Positions 40,033 through 53,759 of a stretch of DNA of 64,000 nucleotides are shown here, one piece after another. Both the position numbers and the translations under genes were made by a program. The notes under the pieces were generated by a model. That model was given only the letters and a program-made list of their open reading frames with translations. It was not told where the DNA came from and did not search any database. Origin of the DNA: Paecilomyces variotii. Its lineage: Eukaryota. Each line of letters begins with the position of its first letter. Position 1 is the first letter of the stretch. The stretch lies in assembly GCA_004022145.1 (NCBI GenBank), contig RCNU01000010.1; one strand, written 5' to 3'.

Positions 40033-40683
40033 GGTTGACGGGGGAAGTGTACGATCAGATTGAGTTGGATCGCATTATCTTTGTGTCATGTTTCTGAGCG
40101 TCTGTTTGGATGGTCGATTTGACCTGTCCACCTTTGTCTTTTCTTTTAATCTGGATCCTCGGACTTGGTTGATGCCAGTCATTTATGGGTGCTGTTTAGC
40201 GCAGACCTTCGACTCATTCGTGAAGAAGAAGAGTACGAGTGCATGATAGTTTAAACGTCTTGGTTGGTATCCTTACGGGATCCTTGATTGCGAGGCCTTA
40301 GCGTCTAATAAAAGTCGAGAGATTGTTTTTCATCCAAGTCTATTCCTCACCAAACAGTAACTAAGCGAGATCTACTTCGGAGTCCGAGAAAGCATCCGAT
40401 CTGCGCTTGCGCTTGCGGCTCGGGTCTTTTCTTCCATCGGGGATGCTGTTGACCGGCAATGTGACGCTCTCGCGCTTCGAAACCCGGTCCCGGCATGTCT
40501 ATCATTGGCTGCTTCAGCTTTGCCGTTCCCGTTACCGGCTAACAAACAAGTCGGTGATGGTAAAACTGAAAAGGCAGCGACAAAAGTTCTTCATTTAAAG
40601 TCTTGACTGTTCGTTTGTATCCTGCAGAAGCTTGCTATTCATAGGAGTGTTTGTGTCGATTTGCTTTTGACCCTGACGCTGCA

Positions 40684-40706
40684 GACTGACTGACTGACTG
40701 ACTGAC
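40684..40706. repeat. (GACT)n microsatellite
   Basis: gactgactgactgactgactgac read directly from sequence. Confidence 0.85.
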
Positions 40707-41021
40707 CGGCTCTGTGTCTGTCTACTCCGATACGTGCGGAGACGGTTTTGAGTGGCCACCACCCCTTAAGTAGTGAGCGAGTGGGTGTGTCTGTGACCAG
40801 AGAAAGAAATAGGATATTACAACGGAAGATTGATTGATTAATTGATTGATCTTTTATGGTTCGATTGTATGTACGTCAGCTGAGAGGTAAGTACATATAT
40901 CCATACGCATACGGATTGTTGATGGATATGAACTAGTTATACGATGCTGATTTCAAAGCCATAACTAGGGTCGATCCGTGCTATCTAGACAGAAGACACA
41001 GGTTTTTTGAAACGCGCCAAC

Positions 41022-42844
41022 ATGGCCAAGGAGGAGGAGGAGCCGGAACAGCCAGTGGAGAATGAAACACCATCAGCAGAGAGAAGTGATTACCAAAATG
41101 GAACCAGTCACGATGAAGAAAAGACAAAAGAAACAGCCACCACCGCGGAAGGAACAGATCCTCTGGAAGACCACGATCCCGAAGCACAACCCCCCACGAG
41201 GAGAGACTCCCGACCAGCACATAGCGCGTTTAGCAAATACGAAAAACTATTCATCGTCGTGATGGTCACTATGGCTTCCTTCTTCTCTCCGCTCTCAGGC
41301 CAGATCTATTACCCCGTCATGCCGACGCTCGTCAAGAACTACCACCTGACAACTAGCCTGGTCAATCTGACCATCACTACATATATGATTCTCCAGGGTC
41401 TCGCGCCAAGTTTCATGGGCACGTTTGCTGATTCAGGTGGTCGACGACCAGCGTACATACTAGCGTTTACGATCTATACCGGAGCGAATATCGGATTGGC
41501 GCTCCAGAATAGCTATGCGGCGTTAATGGTGCTGCGATGTCTGCAGAGTGCCGGCAGTAGCGGGACAGTTGCGTTTGGGTATGGAGTTATTTCAGACATC
41601 GCCACGACTGCAGAGCGAGGGACGTATATCGGACCCATGGCTGCTGGGGTGATGGTAGCTCCGGCCTTGGGACCCGTTATTGGAGGTCTCCTAGCCAAGT
41701 TCCTCGGATGGAGAAGTGTGTTTTGGTTCCTGGTCATTATCAGTGGGGGGTTTCTCGTGGCGTATATCATCCTGGTTCCGGAGACGTCACGCAAGATCGT
41801 TGGGGATGGCAGCGTGCCTCCACGAGAGTGGTGGCAGATGTCTCTTTTGCAATATATACAAGCGAAGAGGAAAGAGAAGAAACTATCGCCAGCCCAGCGG
41901 GAAGAATTGAAGAAGACTCGCGAGGCGTTGGATAGAGAGGGACAGCAGAGAAGGGGAAAGATTGGGATCCCGAATCCCTTGCTTTCGTTTAAGATCCTGT
42001 TGGAGAAGGATGCGCTGATTATCATTTTGTATATTGGGATTATTATGTTTTCGAATATCGCCTTGCTTACTTCGACGGCGAATTTGTTTCCGGAGCTTTA
42101 TGGGTTTAATACTCTGCAGGTGGGGTTGTGTTATATGTGAGTCTTCCTTCCCTTTTTGCTTTGCTTTGCTTTTCCTTTCTTGTTTTCTTTTAGATCATCA
42201 CACTGATACAATATGATACTACTTATAGTCCCCTCGGTGTAGCCGCCTGCATCGGCGCCTCTATCAACGGCAAACTCATCGACTACACCTACCGACGGGA
42301 CGCACGCAAACTCGGTTTCTCCATTGATCGCAAACGCGGCGACGACATCCTTCACTTCCCCATTGAAAAATCACGTCTCCGAACCGTCTTCCCTCTCCTC
42401 GCTATCGGAATCGCCGCCTACCTACCCTACGGCTGGGTACTGCAACAACGCGCCCCGCTCGTAGCCCCGCTCATCCTGCAATTCATCAATGGATTCTGCT
42501 TCCTCTCGGCCATGAACACGCTGACTACGCTTCTGGTCGATCTGTTTCCTGATCGAGCGGCCACGGCGGCTGCGGCGATTAATCTGGTCAGATGCTGGTT
42601 GGGGGCTGTGGCGGCGGCGGTGATCGATTATATGCTTAGTGGGATGGGGTGGGGGTGGTGTTATGTGTTTTTGGGATTGGTGCAGTTGGTGGCGTTGGGG
42701 GGGTTGTTGATTGAGCAGAAGTATGGGATGGGGTGGAGACAGAGGAGGTTTGAGAAGTTGGCTTTGAAGAAGAAGGAGAAGGAGGAGAGGATGAGGGAGG
42801 CAGAAGAGAAGGAAAAGGATGGGACGGGAGGGAATGCTCAGTAA
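41022..42844 (+). CDS. MFS drug:H+ antiporter (DHA1, Qdr/Aqr-like); 2 coding exons
   Basis: FFSPLSGQIYYP, NLTITTYMILQGLAP, DSGGRRP, LRCLQSAGSS, ERGTYIG, GWRSVFWFL, PETSR; intron ~42137-42228; TLLVDLFP...ATAAAAINLVRC. Confidence 0.92.
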
Positions 42845-43491
42845 ATAGTGAAGGTGGTGGTTTTATTCTGTTACATGTGCATAAAAGCTCCAATCTCTCT
42901 CTGTGTTTTGTCTGAGGGAGGGATGCATGATATCCATAATTAGATAGACTTTCTTCTTTCTCTCTCGTCTCTGCAAAAAGAGAATGAGTCGAGTAACCTA
43001 GCTTTTTAATGATAATTGATGAATCGATCCCGTGCTACTTGTTTATACTTAGATGCTAAGATGTAATTCTTCCTGCTAAGATTGACAAGCACTATCGATG
43101 TACGAATAATAAACACGCGAATATCTTATCAAATGATCTCAATGGCTTTCTTTCTTTTCTTGTTCTTTGGAACTAACAACACAATACTCGTTGCAACCTG
43201 CTTCTCTAATACCAATTTCATTCTTCGGAAAAGTTAACGTTTTCCAAATATCCAATTGTACTCATTACAGCCATTAAGAATTGGTATAATGCTAGTGATA
43301 TATACATGAACCCAAACAATCATAATAATAATAATAAGCAGCAACCACAGCAAATCCAGCTGTCATTCTTTCCCTCAAAAATTGGGAAGTAATTCAATCA
43401 TAACAACCCAATTCACCCATCCTGCAAAACCCCCAAAGTTATATACCTACTCATCCTCTTCATACTCACCATAACTATACCTTTCTTTCTA

Positions 43492-44875
43492 CTAATTCGC
43501 CGCAATCGCCGCAACCAACGCGTCCATCGCCGAACTATGCGTCGACGCATCCGCCGGCGCCACATTAAACGGACCCGCCCAGTCAACACCAAGAAGATTC
43601 GTCGAGTCATTCCGATCGTTATTCCAAATACTATTCGCAGAGGCCTGAATGACCTGAACATAAGCATCTGAGGGCGCGACTTCGTGCAGAAGCTGCAGGT
43701 TCCGCATGAAGATGCCCTTGAATTGAGTTGCGTCGGGCTCGCAGTTCGGTTCGCATGGGTCGTGGAGGATATGGTTCGAGTCTGTGAGGGCGGTGATGGC
43801 GGCGTGGGCGATGTTGCTTGCGTGCGAGAGGTAGGTCGAGGATGGAGAGGCTTTGTTTAATTCGACTAGACCGCCGAGGATGACGCCTTGGTTGTAGCTC
43901 CAGCTGTATTTTATAAAAAGCACAAGATCGTATCAGTCTTGATATGTCTCTCTTTTTGAATATTCTTTTGTTTTGGGGAAATGAAATGAAGGTACATGAC
44001 TTACACAGTTGCATTATTATTCTTACAATCCGTCGTGAGACCATCGTTGATGGTGTTGGCCGAGTTAATCATCCCGCTGGCAGCGAACCATTCCCATTCC
44101 TTCTTCGCCCAGTCGAGATAATAGTCGCTGTTATCGGCGCGGTTGGCCAGATGCGCTGCGACAGAAAGGAAGAGCTCGTTCGCAATGGCGGCTACGTATG
44201 TTTTCGCTGAGGACCACCAGATACCGCCATTGTTGCAGTTTGTTGGCCAGCCTTTGGTCTGGGGGTTTGTTAGTATGATTATTCGATCATATATATATAT
44301 ATATATTTTGTCGATACTCGACAATAAATGTTTGATTATAGGATACTCACCATGCCATCGAAAATCCCCTCCGCCAGACGCAAATAATCCTCATTGAAAG
44401 TGACATCGTACGCGGCGATCCACGCCAACGCCCACCAGCCATCATCATCATAGGCGCCGTCCAGCCAGAGCGAAGCATTGACAGTGCCTGGCTTGGCAAA
44501 AAGATCCGGCAATGGCGCCAAAGGCCAAATGGAACTGTACACCGTCTCCGGCACGCCGTTGGCACTGGAGACTTTCTCCACGCCCGGGTTGGGATTCACC
44601 CCTGGCGCGACGACGTATGTGTTATTGAAGACCTCGGTTGCGTCTGCGAGCACGGAGACGTCTAATGCGGCCAGGTCGGCGATCACCGTCATGCAATTGG
44701 CGCCGTTCCACCAGCCGCAGGTGTTCCAGATGCCGTTGGAGGAATTGTAGAAGGTTTGGAGCGTGTTGAAGGCTTTTTGGGCGCGGGATACGCTTTGGAG
44801 GAGCTCGGCTGATGTATCTTGGGAGAAGAGGAGCGAGGAAAGCAGAGCCGACGAGGATATTAGTGATGATAACAT
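43492..44875 (-). CDS. Secreted GH76 family glycoside hydrolase (alpha-1,6-mannanase-like); 3 exons
   Basis: Signal peptide, GWWNGAN, catalytic YDDDGWWALAW, CNNGGIWW, AIANELFL, INDGL, WSYNQGVILGGL, QFKGIFMRNL; no C-terminal GPI signal. Confidence 0.92.
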
Positions 44876-47800
44876 GGTGAAAATAGACGACAGATCGAAG
44901 ATTAGATCTAGATTAGATTCATAGATAGATAGAAAGACAAAAACTGATACAACAAAGCAACGAACTCAACCAGCAGCAGCTATTAACATCGATCTGTCCC
45001 TCGCTCTCTCTCTCTCTCAGGACGTTTCAGTCCTGAGGACCCCTAAGACTTATTATACGGACCAGCCAATATGCTAGGCCAACATCATCTACCCATAGAC
45101 CCAGCACAGACCGAACAGACTAATCAGACTAATCTCCATCAGACAGAGAAGCCCTAGACTCATCACTACCGTTCGTAAATCACAAAAAGCCGGACGGCAT
45201 ACCGGAAGGCTCCGAGTGGCATTCTTGCGATTTGCCCTAGTTCAGTAAAAACTGGATCTGCCAGGCTTTGGAACACACAAGGTACGGAGTAGTTTACAGG
45301 GGAGGGGCGTATGGGATTGTTATCTGCTGGATTCTTTACCTCTTTGGGACTGCTCAATATCAAGAAAACAAACAGACATTGGATGTTCATTGACCCTCTC
45401 CTGAGTAGTAGTATGTGTAGTGGAACCCTCCATGTCGACCGAGATACTCTAAAGTAGCCAGCCCAGTAGACTAGTTATGGAGTATGTCCATCATGACGTT
45501 GGAAGAACCCACTATTCTCCCTCCCAGCAAGGCATTCAATGGCTAGCTGATGGATCATCCCTACCTTTTTGCGGCGTTCATGATCATCAGGTACGCCCGC
45601 TCAGGGAACCGGGGTGAGAAGATCCTTGGGGTCACCTTGCATCGGTGCAGATCTAGTGCGTGAATCGGGCGCTTTGGGGCACGTGCGGAACATAGTCTAT
45701 GTGTCGAGTTTCAAACTCGTCCATGTTTTAAACCAGGGCCCAGAGGAAAAAATAATAGATATTGGTTAATACTCCGTGGTGTTAGATTGGAAGGGCTCTC
45801 TCTCTTCAGAAGCGACGTGGCATTGAACAATGGCAGTTCCAGAACTCTTGTCTGTCAGCGAAGCAAGAAGTCAGTCACATTATTAGAGTAGAGTATATCG
45901 AAGTGAGACCAAACCTGAAAAGGTAAGGACGATGATAATGGAGATATTGTTGATCGGACTGCTCTTAGCCTCCTAGTCTCGAAGTTGATTGGTTTTTTCT
46001 TTTCTTTATTTTATTTTCCTTGTTCTCCCCCTTGATAGGCAGGATGTGCATCGAGCTATGCACAATAATATCTACGGGCCCGTTTATAGGTTCCTGATGC
46101 ATTACGTGGCGCGACGCAAGGGAGATTCTTCCGAGAAAGGGGTTTGTTGTTGTTATTGCTGCTTCGCAATCTCTCGGAAAACAACAATAATGTATGCTAA
46201 TTTAGGTATGGAATAATGTTCCCTGCTAATGGCTTTTTGAATACGAGATTAGATCGAATATTATTATTATATACATTTTTCTTCCTCTATATACTCTGTT
46301 CCAGAACGGGCTGGGCGCATGGAAGGGATAACTACCTAATGATAAGAATCAGATCCTCTGGAGTGTAGACGGATTATACTACAACCACTCGAGAGTATAC
46401 CCAAGAACAACTATAACAGGTTATAGTATGAACAGTTGACTCAAAGCTCACTTGCTTGCATCCTCAGCATACTCTAATATATTAACTCTACTCATGAGGC
46501 TCCGTTTGTCCCTGCGATCGCCCTGGATGTGACGCTAGACTACTCCGAAACTTGAGATGATCATCCCCTTTCGACCATTCAGTAATCGGCTCGTGAATTG
46601 CCGATTTCGGTACTTGCACTTCTCAATTATACCCGTGCAATGTATAGATAGTCTAGTCACCTTGGTGCCTGAAAATGCGCTCTGGTTATTATTATTAGAT
46701 GACAGCTTCGCTCCAGGCGGAAAAGCCAGCGGATCGCAGGCTTACCCACTTACGTTAGAAATAAGTGTCTATACGGTTCATACCTCTAAATGGAGGGAAT
46801 TGTTCAGAATCTCGAGATAGATACACTACGTATGCTTTTTTTTTTTTTTTCTCGGTATCATCCCCTTCCCCGAGGACAGTCGACTAAGAACATCAAGAGG
46901 GATGATCAAATATACTGAGCACGTCAATCAAACGATGACTCTTGACAAGCTGCTGATGCACTGCATTGGTTCCCTCCAATTCAGGATTTGTAGAGTAACG
47001 AAATTGATCACTCGAAGATTATTGTAACTCACCCTGGCGAAAGTCTTGACAGAGCTGTTGCAATAGTCGTTTCACATCATCTTCATGCAGATAAGCACAG
47101 CAATCCCTCCACCACGGGCCTGTTAGTGGAGATTGATTGCATGCATCCAACGCTCATCGAGAACGTCAGTCCCCAGAAGAGAGTAATCTCGACCAGGGAG
47201 AATCTAGATTGAACCCTATCTAGTGTCCTTTGCATCGTCATCTTTGTATATACCATAACCATAGTTATCTGCAGACACTATCTATGGTAGTTTCTCAATC
47301 CGAACCGAATAGCTAGCTAGCTCAACATGAATAACAGGATTCAGTTCAGGACAGACAATTCAACCGCAATCTCTCATTCATTCATTATACAACCATCCAA
47401 TAATAACAAACAGCAGCCTGTTAATGATCCCCGACCTCCAGAAGTTGATGTAATTGTAAGCCCCTGTTTGAACTAGGTCAGTACAATACTTACAGTAGCT
47501 AACTTGGCACGATATTATTTACAGTGGGCGTAGTTTATTTTTAGATCCAGAGAAATATGACGAAGAGACGGAGGAGCTATTCCGTTCTATCATGAAATGG
47601 ATTTATCTAAGTTACTGTCTGCTTCGGTTTCTTGCTATATGGTACGTCTAATGAAACGCTTGTCGGTGCGTTTATCCGCGGAGCTTCATGCCGGGGGGGT
47701 ATGTAAGTACAGTATATACATGGGGTATAATCGATGGTTAATGAAGAGCTTAACTATTTTGCCGGTTAACTATTTCGCTAGCACTACAGAAATAGATGAT

Positions 47801-48154
47801 GCCCTATCCTGTCACCCTCCTGGTTGGGAATTAACCAGTCTAGGTTGCACCAGCAATGATTTACCCCAAATTGATGAATTTCGATTTCCGTAGGGATACA
47901 CTTCTATCATGTCATCGAAAGCGATAAGAGCGTCTATGTAGATTCTTGTCGAATTCCGATCCAGATCAAGTCTACAATACAGACGCTTCAGCTTCAGCTT
48001 CGAAAACAACATGAACAAAAGAAATAACATTGAATTGCTATCGCAGGACTGTACATGGTTTATAGAGACAAAAACAACACTCGTCACTTCTCCCTTTGTA
48101 AACTAATTACCAGCTTCCGCTGGCTTTAACCATTCTGTTTCCCCCTCTCATGGT

Positions 48155-49811
48155 CTACATGCCAGGAGAAATCAGCTTGCCCTCATTCTTAGCCTCCGCA
48201 GGCCAACCACCGGCAAAAGGCTTGGTGCCCTTCTCCTGCTCGTACTGCTTGATTCTCGCCTCCAGCTCCGGCCGGAAGTGTCGGATCAGACCTTGGATGG
48301 GCCAGGCAAAGGCCTCTCCCAGAGCGCAAATGGTGTGTCCCTCAACCTGCTTGGTGAGCTCCTGGAGCATGTCGATTTCGCGCTCCTTGGCCTGGCCCTT
48401 CTCCATACGCTGCATCATCTGCATGGTCCACTTGCTACCCTCACGGCAAGGTGTGCACTGACCGCAACTCTCGTGCCTGTAGAAGGCAGACAGACGGGAG
48501 ATGGCACGGACGACGTCGGTCGACTTGTCCATGACAATGACGGCGGCGGTACCGAGACCACTCTGAGAGTCCTTCAGGGCATCAAAGTCCATCAGCTGGT
48601 CGTCACAGATCTTCTTGGGAAGGATCGGGGTCGACGATCCACCAGGAATGACGGCGAGCAGGTTGTCCCAGCCACCACGGACACCACCGCAGTGACGGTC
48701 GATCAGCTCGCGCAGAGGGATGGACATCTCCTCCTCGACCGTGCACGGGTTGTTGACATGACCAGAAATACAGAAGAGCTTGGTACCCTGGTTACGCTCC
48801 CGACCGAAGGAAGAGAACCAGCTAGCACCACGGCGCATGATAGTGGGGGTGACGGCGACGGTCTCGACGTTGGTAACGGTGGAAGGGCATCCGAACAGAC
48901 CGACAGCAGCAGGGAACGGAGGCTTCAGACGGGGCTTGCCCTGCTTGCCCTCAATGGACTCGATCAGCGAGGTCTCCTCACCACAGATATAGGCGCCCAT
49001 TCCGCGGTGGATGTAGACATCGAAGTCGTAGCCAGTGCCACAGGCATTCTTGCCGATGAGACCGTTCTGGTAGGCCTCCTGGATGGCGCGCTGGAGAACG
49101 GTGGCTTCGTGGTAGAACTCGCCACGAATATAGATGTAGGCAGCGTTGGCGTTCATCGCACGGCCCACAACCAGACAGCCCTCGATGAGCTTGTGGGGGT
49201 CCTTTCGCATGATCTCACGGTCCTTGCAGGTTCCAGGCTCACCCTCATCAGCGTTAACAACCAGGTAACGGGGTCGGCTGTCCTTGTCCCAATCCTTGAA
49301 GTTCATGAAAGACTAGAGAAGACAGCAATGTCAGTCCCTCTCTCCAACTTACGCCATTCGTCCGCTGTCCGAAGATATCACTTACGTATTTCAGTCCCGA
49401 GGGGAAACCGGCACCACCACGGCCACGAAGACCGGAAGCCTTGAGCTCGGAAATGAGCTGTAAACATGAGCATAGTATCAGCATTTTAACCATCTCAGAA
49501 CAATGCATCCAGAATCAATGCCAAAAACGCACCCAATCATGGCCCTTCAGCACGATATCCTTGGTCTTGTACCAGTCGCCGTACTTCATCGCGCTCTTCA
49601 AATCCGTGCCATGGTGGCCGTACAGGTTGGTAAATATCCGGTCCTGGTCCTTCAGACCGCCATACTGTCTCTTGGGCGCGCCCTCCTGGACGGTCGCGAA
49701 GGAACGGGCCTGGGACGAGGGGAGGCGGGCGGCCGCGGAGGCTGAGGGCAGGGAGCGACTCGAAAGCTGGGCGAGAGAGGCGCTCGTGGGAGCCGCCGCT
49801 CGAGTTATCAT
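48155..49811 (-). CDS. nuo-51: NADH:ubiquinone oxidoreductase 51 kDa flavoprotein subunit (NDUFV1/NuoF); 3 exons
   Basis: Mitochondrial presequence, [57 protein letters not shown]. Confidence 0.97.
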
Positions 49812-49933
49812 TGTGACGGAGGCCCAATGGCGCGAGATTGATGGGAGAGAAGCAAAGGGGAGGATGAGGATGTTCGCTGTCGTCGAGCAACAATTCCTGC
49901 GGTCGCTGAATACCCGGATTTGGAGCTCGCCTG

Positions 49934-49955
49934 ATTGGTTGGGGATGGTCACGTG
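49934..49955 (-). promoter_or_regulatory. CCAAT box and CACGTG E-box upstream of the complex I 51 kDa gene
   Basis: ATTGG 49934-49938 (CCAAT on the - strand) and CACGTG 49950-49955, 120-145 nt upstream of the ATG; function inferred. Confidence 0.4.
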
Positions 49956-50113
49956 GTATCCCGCACTGCTTCCCCCGATTTATCAGCTTCAAGTTACAAG
50001 TTATTATTCCACGTTACAGAATCACTACGATCGATAGAGATTGTGAAAATATTGAATGTTTATGTTGATATACCCAACATAGAATCAATCCAGCTACGTA
50101 TCCAGCGACATCT

Positions 50114-52360
50114 TCATGCCGACTCCACTTCCTGAGGAACATACAGATACGGACTCGTAGACAGTGCCACAGGACCTCCAGCACCAAGCCTCTTAGTCGT
50201 CACAAACTGCAGCGGGTCATCTACTACGCTGACAATCTCCTGTTCTGCCACCATCCATGCCCACCGCAGCCAGTTCGGAGAGAGCCACCATGCATCGCCT
50301 TCCCAATCGCCCGTAAGGTAGGAAACACTAGAGAAGAGAGCTGGCTTCCGCGCCCGCAGTGTCTCTACAATCTCATCAAAGGCACTGAGCATTTCTTCAT
50401 CTTCCTCGTCTGGAAGAACCCAGGAGACATCCTCTGGAGGCGGTTGGTACGTCTCGAGAAGAACACTAATCCATCGTGTCAATCGCGGTGGAAGTTTGCT
50501 CTTCCCCGGGGATGACCCAGCTGACCGGTAGATCGAGGACAGCAGACAGAACAATACCGCATATCCTAGCGGGCCAGATGCATTTTCCGGCGGGGACGGT
50601 GTAATGAACTGCTTTGCATGCGATAGTATATCCCGCAGGCACTCTCGGCAAGGCTCCTGGATCTCCTGAGGAAGAAGTGCAAACACTTCGCTGAACTGGA
50701 ACAGCTCGCCTTCTTTTCTCAAAAGTGACTTTGACTCTGTGAGTCTAGATTTTATACGTGCCATTGTCTCTTCAGAGAACTTGTCCGTCGGTATCCGGGA
50801 CAGGTAGGAATCAGGAAGAAGAGCCTGTGTATTCTGTTGCCGGGCACGAGCAAGCGTCCACTCAGCAATGACAATTGCTGTCTCTGATAGCATCACCTGG
50901 CTATCACGGTAAATTTTGGCGTGAGCCTGCTTGAGGTTCTGCGGCTGCTGCAGAGACTCTCCCGACGATTTCAACTTGACGATGTGCGTGATCAGCTCGA
51001 CTATAACCTGGCTTAACGAAGCGAGGACGTTGCGAGAATTCCCATACGGTGCTGAAGGTATCCGCACGCCCTCCTTGGTTATCTCTAGAGTCTGGAATTC
51101 GCGGTCATTCGCCGACAGGATGGAGACAGCCCCGAAGAGATCTGGTGAAAATATCGAATGCTCCAGAGAAGTTTCTGCAGCAAGAAGCGGGTACGAGACA
51201 TTGAAGACGTAATACTGGTCTTCTTTGTCTCCTGTCTCAGGGAATTCCTGTTTCTGGCGGATCTTGACTTCGTCCAGTGGACTTCCGGGCGGTGCCCTCA
51301 AGCTCACGACACGGTAGTCGCAAGGATTCTCAGGAATACAGAAGCCATAGTTCATCATTACTATCACATGTCAGTGCCCTTACATATTAGTCCTTATAAA
51401 TAATCAAACAAACGACTTACACTGTTCATTGCTGCGTGGTCCATAATTATTCCCGATTTCTCTACCCGCAGCAGTATCCTCCATAACAGCAAGACCGATC
51501 TTCTCGTTTCCAGCCTGCCATTCCACTTTCGCGAGCGGTCGATGATTCGTAACATCAATCAAAGGAAGAAGAACTGAAATAGTCTCTTCCGGCAGATCTG
51601 ACAGTCCGATCACACCAGCGAGGACTTTTGCCGTGAAAGCCCGGGAGGCAATGATAGTCGACGCCCATAGATACACATCCCTAAAGAAATACATATATAT
51701 AAATCTCCACAATCCGTTTTCCACAAGTCATGCTATAAGAAAAATAAAGTAAACTCACCAAGTATACTTATCAGCATCCTCAAACGCCCACTCTTTCAAT
51801 ACCTTGACGCCAGTCTCATATTTATCCTTCCATATCTCCAACCTCTGCTCCCTAGCAGCATAGAGACTAGTTCCTCGTAACCACTCCAGGTCCTCTCCCT
51901 CGTAGTACAACGGCGTGGTCAATTGGCCCGGCGCCGGAAGCGTTCTGATATAAGGATGCCAGAAACTCTCTGAGCCTTTCAGATAATGACCCATGAGAAA
52001 GAAAGCCATCGTTTCCTGCGGTCCAACGGCGTCAATGAAGCCGCGAGGGAATTTAACCCCATGGCTGGAAAATGGAGACTCTGCAGATTTGTCTTTGAGG
52101 GAGATGTAATCGATGGCGTCGAAATAAGACATGGTGAGTGACAATGGAGTCTTGATCACGCATGTGCCTTGGGGCACAGCAGAGGTCCGGTCCGGTCTCA
52201 CTTGGATGTGGACGCCGCGGGAATCATCCCGGGCCAGTTGGACACTCTCGTCAAGGAGACCGCCATGTCGAGTGACCCATTCTTGAAGTGCGAGGTGGCC
52301 GTGAAGAGAGGCATCGGAACTGGTGGGATTGTCAGAGAAGTCCCGGGAAAGATGGGTCAA
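50114..52360 (-). CDS. SET-domain protein-lysine methyltransferase (Rkm1/LSMT-like); start codon unresolved
   Basis: SFWHPYIRTLP, YLWASTIIASRAF, LLPLIDVTNHRP, NNYGPRSNEQ|LMMNYGF; introns ~51681-51758 and ~51361-51420. Confidence 0.82.
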
Positions 52361-53759
52361 AGCAGAATGTCAATAAAGGTTCAAGGATGACCATATATGT
52401 ATCCAATAAAGCAGATAACATAGCATGCAAGAAGTACTACCGATTCCAGCTCCAAAGGAATCAAAATCCAGAACATACCAAGTTAAATATATTCCGACAA
52501 AAACAAGTAATCCAAATAAAAGAAAAAGCCACTTTAATCAACATAAAATAAAACTCAAACACCCAGAACAAACACCACACGCAAAACATCACTATCACAT
52601 CTAAAAAAATACCCAATATATGCATGCACGCAATACCTTCCTTACCTTTGCGAGGCCATCGTGGGGCCTTACCACACACACACACAGCAAGCAACCTAGA
52701 GCAACCAGTTCTTCTTCTGACGTAATACTCTGCAATACCCCAGATCTCCCCGAGTAAACCAGTGAAGATTTGCGTTCTATAAGGAACCGAGAATATGGTA
52801 GCGATGGTCCTGGGTAAGATGGTTGTTGTCGCGAGATGTTCGTCCAAAGTTATTTGTCGGACCTGGAAATGTTCGTGGCCCACTTTTCGCTCTTTGCGGT
52901 TCGCCGAGCCATACATATCTACCTTATGTACTGTACTACATTTTACATATGTGATGTGGTGCTTAATGTCAGCGACTTCCCAAGGAATACCTATGTTGAC
53001 TATTTTCATCGGAGTAATTCCAAGAAAATGCATGTATACTGTAGAATCCTCCGAGGTTCACTCTGCACGTATAATAATGGTCTATCGCTCGTCTACGAAA
53101 GATCTAAATGCTCCCGGGGAATACATCTCTCGCAAAATGCAAAAAGAACATAGATTTCATGACAGGGCTAGTATACAGGCGTGTAGGTATAAATGAGACG
53201 ACAGAGCATGCAAGGCAAAATGAAAATCAAAAGACATTCCTCATGACCAATCTTCCATGGGAGACAAACCCGAAATAGAATGAATCAGATATCACGCGGG
53301 ACGATGCATTCTCATTGATCGTAACATGCCTCCATGCGACATCATGTCATGACGGACATCGCACATATTTCGTCCCAGAAGAAACACAACGCACACAAAC
53401 GTTTATAATGCAAGGTTTCTGTTATCATATCTTTTCGTGCAGGCGCTTGGCTGACTCGCAACATGCGTGCAGCGAATCAGTCTCGTCAAAGTGTATACCG
53501 GCTTTGCTTTTCCAGAACCCGAAAGACTCATTCCAGAGTAAGCGGAATATAAACAACCCAGAGACGTAGTATCTACAACGTCACTAACGTTGGTATTGTA
53601 CATGGCCGTAAAATGGTGATAACCTGAGGAAAGACGGCTAATCCAGGGTCATTCAAAGACCAAGGAGTGGCACCGATGAGTAGTTGACGAAAAAAGGAAA
53701 CAAAGAGCAGTACCTGCGGCACGAAAAGTAGCGGGCAAATATCAAAGGAGCAGATAAAA

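Noticed and set aside
44876-48154. Short ORFs or RNA genes in the 3.3 kb gap
   Set aside because: All ORFs are under 100 aa without motifs, and no tRNA cloverleaf or 5S-like sequence was recognised.
48278-49444. 388-aa antisense ORF over the complex I 51 kDa gene
   Set aside because: Same codon-bias shadow effect; no independent protein features.
52461-53196. ORFs of 105-190 aa between the SET and SAP genes
   Set aside because: Low-complexity UTR-like composition, ORFs on both strands, no motifs; likely SAP 3' UTR or SET upstream region.
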